From positions 198-64,197 of the forward strand of contig JABHAA010000152.1 of the NCBI GenBank assembly GCA_018674495.1: 64,000 nt of DNA. The letters run 5' to 3'. Below, piece by piece: positions 60,854-64,000 of the stretch. The notes beneath the pieces are model-generated. The model ran no database searches and was not told the DNA's origin. It saw nothing but the letters and a program-made list of their open reading frames with translations. Both the position numbers and the translations under genes were made by a program. Positions within the stretch are counted from its first letter, which is position 1, and every line of letters starts with the position of its first letter. Source of the DNA: Rhodospirillaceae bacterium. Its GTDB lineage: Bacteria; Pseudomonadota; Alphaproteobacteria; Rhodospirillales; UBA2165.

Positions 60854-61639
60854 TCAAAATCCCGGTTCTGGCTGGCCCGGCGCCGACCAGCCCAGATGCT
60901 GGCCGCTATCGAGGGTTATCATTTGCCCTGTCATGGATGGGCTGGCAAGGATAAAGCGAACCGCCCCGGATATTTCCTCTGAGCCCACAGCCCTTGCCAA
61001 CGGCGTCGCCAGATATTGGCGCTCGAACTGCTCCTCAGATTGGCGTTCGGCGCGCAAAGTGGGACCGGGGCTGATGGCGTTGACCCGCACCGATGGCGCC
61101 AAGGCCATGGCCTGGGTCCGGGTCAGGGTCCAAAGGGCCGATTTGGAAAGCGTATAGGATGTGAAAAATGGCGTCAGATTGGCGACCCTTTGATCGATCA
61201 GATTGATGATATTGGCGGCCTCGCCAGCGCCGAGACCCGCCACCAATTCCTGCCCAAGCACGAACGGAGCCCGCAAATTAACCGCCATGTGTCGATCCCA
61301 AATACCGCGCCCAACGGTATCAGGGCCGTCTTCTTCAAATAAGGATGCGTTATTTACCAGGCAGGTAACCGGTCCGAGGGCTTCGCTGGCAGCCCCGATA
61401 AGGGCGCGGGTCTGGTCCTCGTTGCAAAGATCGGCCTGAAACGCGGCTGCCCGCCCGCCGGCGCCCGTAATCGCCGCAACCAGCGCCTCGGCGTCTTCGC
61501 CGGAGCGATGATAATGGGCGGCAATGGCCCAGCCGTCGGCGGCCAGACCGCTTGCGATAGCGTGGCCGATGCGCTTGGCCGCGCCGGTGATAACAGCTGT
61601 TCCCTTGACGTGATCTGGCATGGCGGGAAAATGCGGCAT
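60854..61639 (-). CDS. SDR-family oxidoreductase (pteridine reductase / FolM-like context)
   Basis: VITGAAKRIGHAIA (TGxxxxIG), NNAS and YTLSK (YxxxK). It sits immediately upstream of folB. Confidence 0.8.
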   Translation of the reverse strand: MPHFPAMPDHVKGTAVITGAAKRIGHAIASGLAADGWAIAAHYHRSGEDAEALVAAITGAGGRAAAFQADLCNEDQTRALIGAASEALGPVTCLVNNASLFEEDGPDTVGRGIWDRHMAVNLRAPFVLGQELVAGLGAGEAANIINLIDQRVANLTPFFTSYTLSKSALWTLTRTQAMALAPSVRVNAISPGPTLRAERQSEEQFERQYLATPLARAVGSEEISGAVRFILASPSMTGQMITLDSGQHLGWSAPGQPEPGF

Positions 61640-61684
61640 GGCGCAATGGGACGCAAGAAAAAGCTGATACTAATTTTTCGTAAT

Positions 61685-62650
61685 TTAGAAGCTGATACGG
61701 TCGACGCCAGCGGCGATAGCAACGATATAAGCGCCGTAAACAGCCAGGAAAATGCCCGCCTCGAAACGCCCCAGCTCGCGGCGCCCGCCGATCATATAGA
61801 TCATCAGCAACAACGTCACCAAACCCATCACCCACATGTCAAAATCCAGGACCCGGGCGGGCACCTCCAGAGGCGTGATGGCACCGACGACGCCCATAAT
61901 GCCGACGATATTGAAGATGTTGCTGCCCACTACATTGCCCAGGGCGACGTCCGTATGTTTTCGCATTGCTGCCACCGCCGACGCGGCCAGTTCGGGAAGC
62001 GAGGTTCCAAAAGCAACGATGGTCAGCCCGATTACCGCTTCAGAGACGCCGAAGGACTTGGCGATCTGTATGCCGCCTTCGATCAGCAATTCCGAGCCGA
62101 AATAGAGACCGGCAAAGCCGGCAATCAGCAAGATAGTTGCCAGCCACAGGCTATGAGGCACGGCTTCAAACTCATCGACCTCATCGGCGAGGCTGCCGCC
62201 CTCGACATTTTTCTCGCGCCAGAACGAGTAATAAATGAACCCGGCAAAGACGATCAAAAGCGCCACCGCGCCGAAAAGATCAATGGCACCGCGCAGGGCC
62301 AAGAGCATGAAAGCCGCGGTGCCGATAAACAGCACCAAACCGTCTTTCACCAGTTCGCGCCCGCCCGATACAATGGGCGTGATCAAACCGGCAGCCCCCA
62401 GGACCAGAGCAATATTGGCGATGTTGGAGCCGACCACATTGCCTACCGCCAGACCCGGCGATCCGGCCAAGGCGGCGTTCAACGACACCAGCAGTTCCGG
62501 CGCCGAGGTTCCAAATGCAACCACCGTCATGCCGATCACCAGCTTGGAAATGCCAAGCCTTTCGGACAATCCGACGGCGCCCCTTACCATAACTTCGGCC
62601 CCGCCTAAGAGCAGGATAAAACCGCCGATAACTTGCAGATACATGATCAA
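61685..62650 (-). CDS. Ca2+/Na+ antiporter (CaCA family, YrbG-like)
   Basis: 321 aa with two alpha-repeats (GTSAPELLVS...GNVVGSNIANI and GTSLPELAAS...GNVVGSNIFNI). Confidence 0.87.
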   Translation of the reverse strand: MIMYLQVIGGFILLLGGAEVMVRGAVGLSERLGISKLVIGMTVVAFGTSAPELLVSLNAALAGSPGLAVGNVVGSNIANIALVLGAAGLITPIVSGGRELVKDGLVLFIGTAAFMLLALRGAIDLFGAVALLIVFAGFIYYSFWREKNVEGGSLADEVDEFEAVPHSLWLATILLIAGFAGLYFGSELLIEGGIQIAKSFGVSEAVIGLTIVAFGTSLPELAASAVAAMRKHTDVALGNVVGSNIFNIVGIMGVVGAITPLEVPARVLDFDMWVMGLVTLLLMIYMIGGRRELGRFEAGIFLAVYGAYIVAIAAGVDRISF

Positions 62651-62745
62651 AATAACATTCCCATGGACGTAACGCCTGGATTAACCGGGGGCGCCGGTGC
62701 ACCCTGTTGAGATGCCATTTTGTGAATGCGAAGGCAAGCGGCGGC

Positions 62746-63432
62746 TTAGAACAAAGCCATCTGTTCCAATGCCTTGCGTTCCCGTAAATGCAGGGTTTTT
62801 TGCTGGCGCTGAATGATGTTATCGCGGGCCAGCCGGGAAAATATGCGGCCCACGGTTTCCCGTGCCAAACCGACCGAATTGGCGATATTGGACTGGGTCG
62901 GCATCGGATGAATAATCAATTCCTCCAGGTTTCCGGGGTCCGGCTCGGCCAGCCGCAACAATTCGATGCAAACCCTTTGTTCCGCTTTAAGCAGGGAAAA
63001 ATCGTTGATGCGCTTGTCCGAGAAACGGACGATACCCGCCAGGCGCTGCAACAGGGCCAGTGATGCCGCAGGATTATGGATAACCAGATCGACGAACTTG
63101 TCACCGGAAATGACGCCCATGGTGCACGGAGTCTGGGTCACCACTGAAGCCGAACGGGGTAAGCCGTCGATGGCCGCCAACTCACCAAAAATATCGCCTT
63201 TGCCGAGGGTCGCGTAATCGATCACCTTGCCGTTTTCGGAATAATTTAGGACGTGGGCACTGCCACTGGTCAGCATATAGACATCGGTATATTCTTCGCC
63301 GCGATCGATAATAGCGCCGCCTGCATCAAACAACTGCCAGCGGCATTCGCGCTCCAACGTGCGCACCACGTCAGCGGGGAGCGAAGAAAATAATTCCACA
63401 CAATCCAAATTCCGTTCGATCGCGTCTGCCAT
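62746..63432 (-). CDS. Crp/Fnr-family transcriptional regulator
   Basis: cNMP-binding domain (GDIFGELAAIDGLPRSASV) and a C-terminal HTH (QSNIANSVGLARETVGRIFSRL). Confidence 0.85.
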   Translation of the reverse strand: MADAIERNLDCVELFSSLPADVVRTLERECRWQLFDAGGAIIDRGEEYTDVYMLTSGSAHVLNYSENGKVIDYATLGKGDIFGELAAIDGLPRSASVVTQTPCTMGVISGDKFVDLVIHNPAASLALLQRLAGIVRFSDKRINDFSLLKAEQRVCIELLRLAEPDPGNLEELIIHPMPTQSNIANSVGLARETVGRIFSRLARDNIIQRQQKTLHLRERKALEQMALF

Positions 63433-63547
63433 ATCGTTGCCTCAAAAAGCCTCAGCGCGCGCCTTTGAATTCGAGCTAACCGAACATATTGTTTGCGCCA
63501 AGTCTATAATAGTTTTCGCCGATGACTAGGTATAAACCGCAGACCAG

Positions 63548-64000
63548 TCAGGGCTTGTTCAGATCGGTTCGGTATTTGCGCCCGCCCAATTTCGGAAATT
63601 TTACGTCGAGCCATTGGCTCTGAATTTCATCGATGGTAACTCCGTAAACCGATTCGAACGAGAAGCCGCGATAGACCTCTTTGAATTGTTTAAGACCATG
63701 CATCTCGATCAAATAGCGGACGAACGACCCAGCTTCCCGGTAAACCGTGAACCGTTCTGCTTTCAGACGCTCGGCGCTGTCGAGAAAAAATTCGTTGGTA
63801 TCCTGCAGCGATATAAAACCGGTGCGCATCATTGCCCGCTCCGCCTTTTCGTCCAGATCGATGCTCCTGTATTCGGCATCGGGATGGAATTTCTGCTCCA
63901 GATACATGGCGATCCCCTCGTTCAGAAACCGCCGGCCGCTGGCGTCACACCCGGCGATGATGTGCGCCACCTCGTGTTCGATGACCGGGCGCCTGCTTTT
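63548..64000 (-). CDS. Putative zinc metallopeptidase (HExxH, peptidase-MA-like); 5' end lies outside the window
   Basis: The reading frame is open to the window edge. The reverse strand of the last 45 nt reads KSRRPVIEHEVAHII, giving HEVAH followed by FLNEGIAMYLE, a gluzincin-like third ligand. GC is lower than in neighbouring genes, judged by eye. Confidence 0.55.
   Translation of the reverse strand, partial: KSRRPVIEHEVAHIIAGCDASGRRFLNEGIAMYLEQKFHPDAEYRSIDLDEKAERAMMRTGFISLQDTNEFFLDSAERLKAERFTVYREAGSFVRYLIEMHGLKQFKEVYRGFSFESVYGVTIDEIQSQWLDVKFPKLGGRKYRTDLNKP

Overview
High-GC, gene-dense chromosomal segment that looks alphaproteobacterial. The pointers are a SahR-type regulator next to metH, the uvrC-pgsA-(mobB-moeA)-moaD-moaE order, and cbtB-cbtA behind a cobalamin riboswitch. 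I call about 58 protein-coding genes, 2-3 gene remnants, one riboswitch and a few hairpins and repeats. I recognised no rRNA, tRNA, CRISPR array, transposase, integrase or phage gene. Most of the content is housekeeping: nucleotide excision repair (uvrD, uvrB, uvrC, all unlinked), methionine and B12 (sahR-metH, cbtBA, cobT, cobS), molybdenum cofactor (moeA, mobB, moaD, moaE), purB, map, ettA, pgsA, folB, transporters and two diguanylate cyclases. Many long ORFs in the six-frame track are antisense shadows of these genes, which is typical at high GC, and I do not call them. By eye only, visibly more AT-rich patches interrupt the core at about 12.5-13.0 kb, 18.66-18.88 kb, 28.84-30.08 kb, 45.2-46.1 kb, 60.05-60.39 kb and from 63.4 kb to the end. 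I do not see a convincing multi-gene novel system such as a defence island. The best candidates for a second look are: (1) an accessory flavin and aromatic-acid islet between purB and uvrB that ends in an archaeal-type CTP-dependent riboflavin kinase homologue in an AT-rich patch, followed by four tandem 10-bp repeats; (2) a decaying AT-rich islet between cobS and comF holding a probably frameshifted methyltransferase and a truncated, stop-interrupted receiver domain; (3) a MoaD whose Gly-Gly terminus is followed by two extra residues; (4) a G9 tract one nucleotide out of register between an upstream ATG and a large orphan membrane ORF. All product calls rest on motif and family recognition by eye, because no database search was possible.
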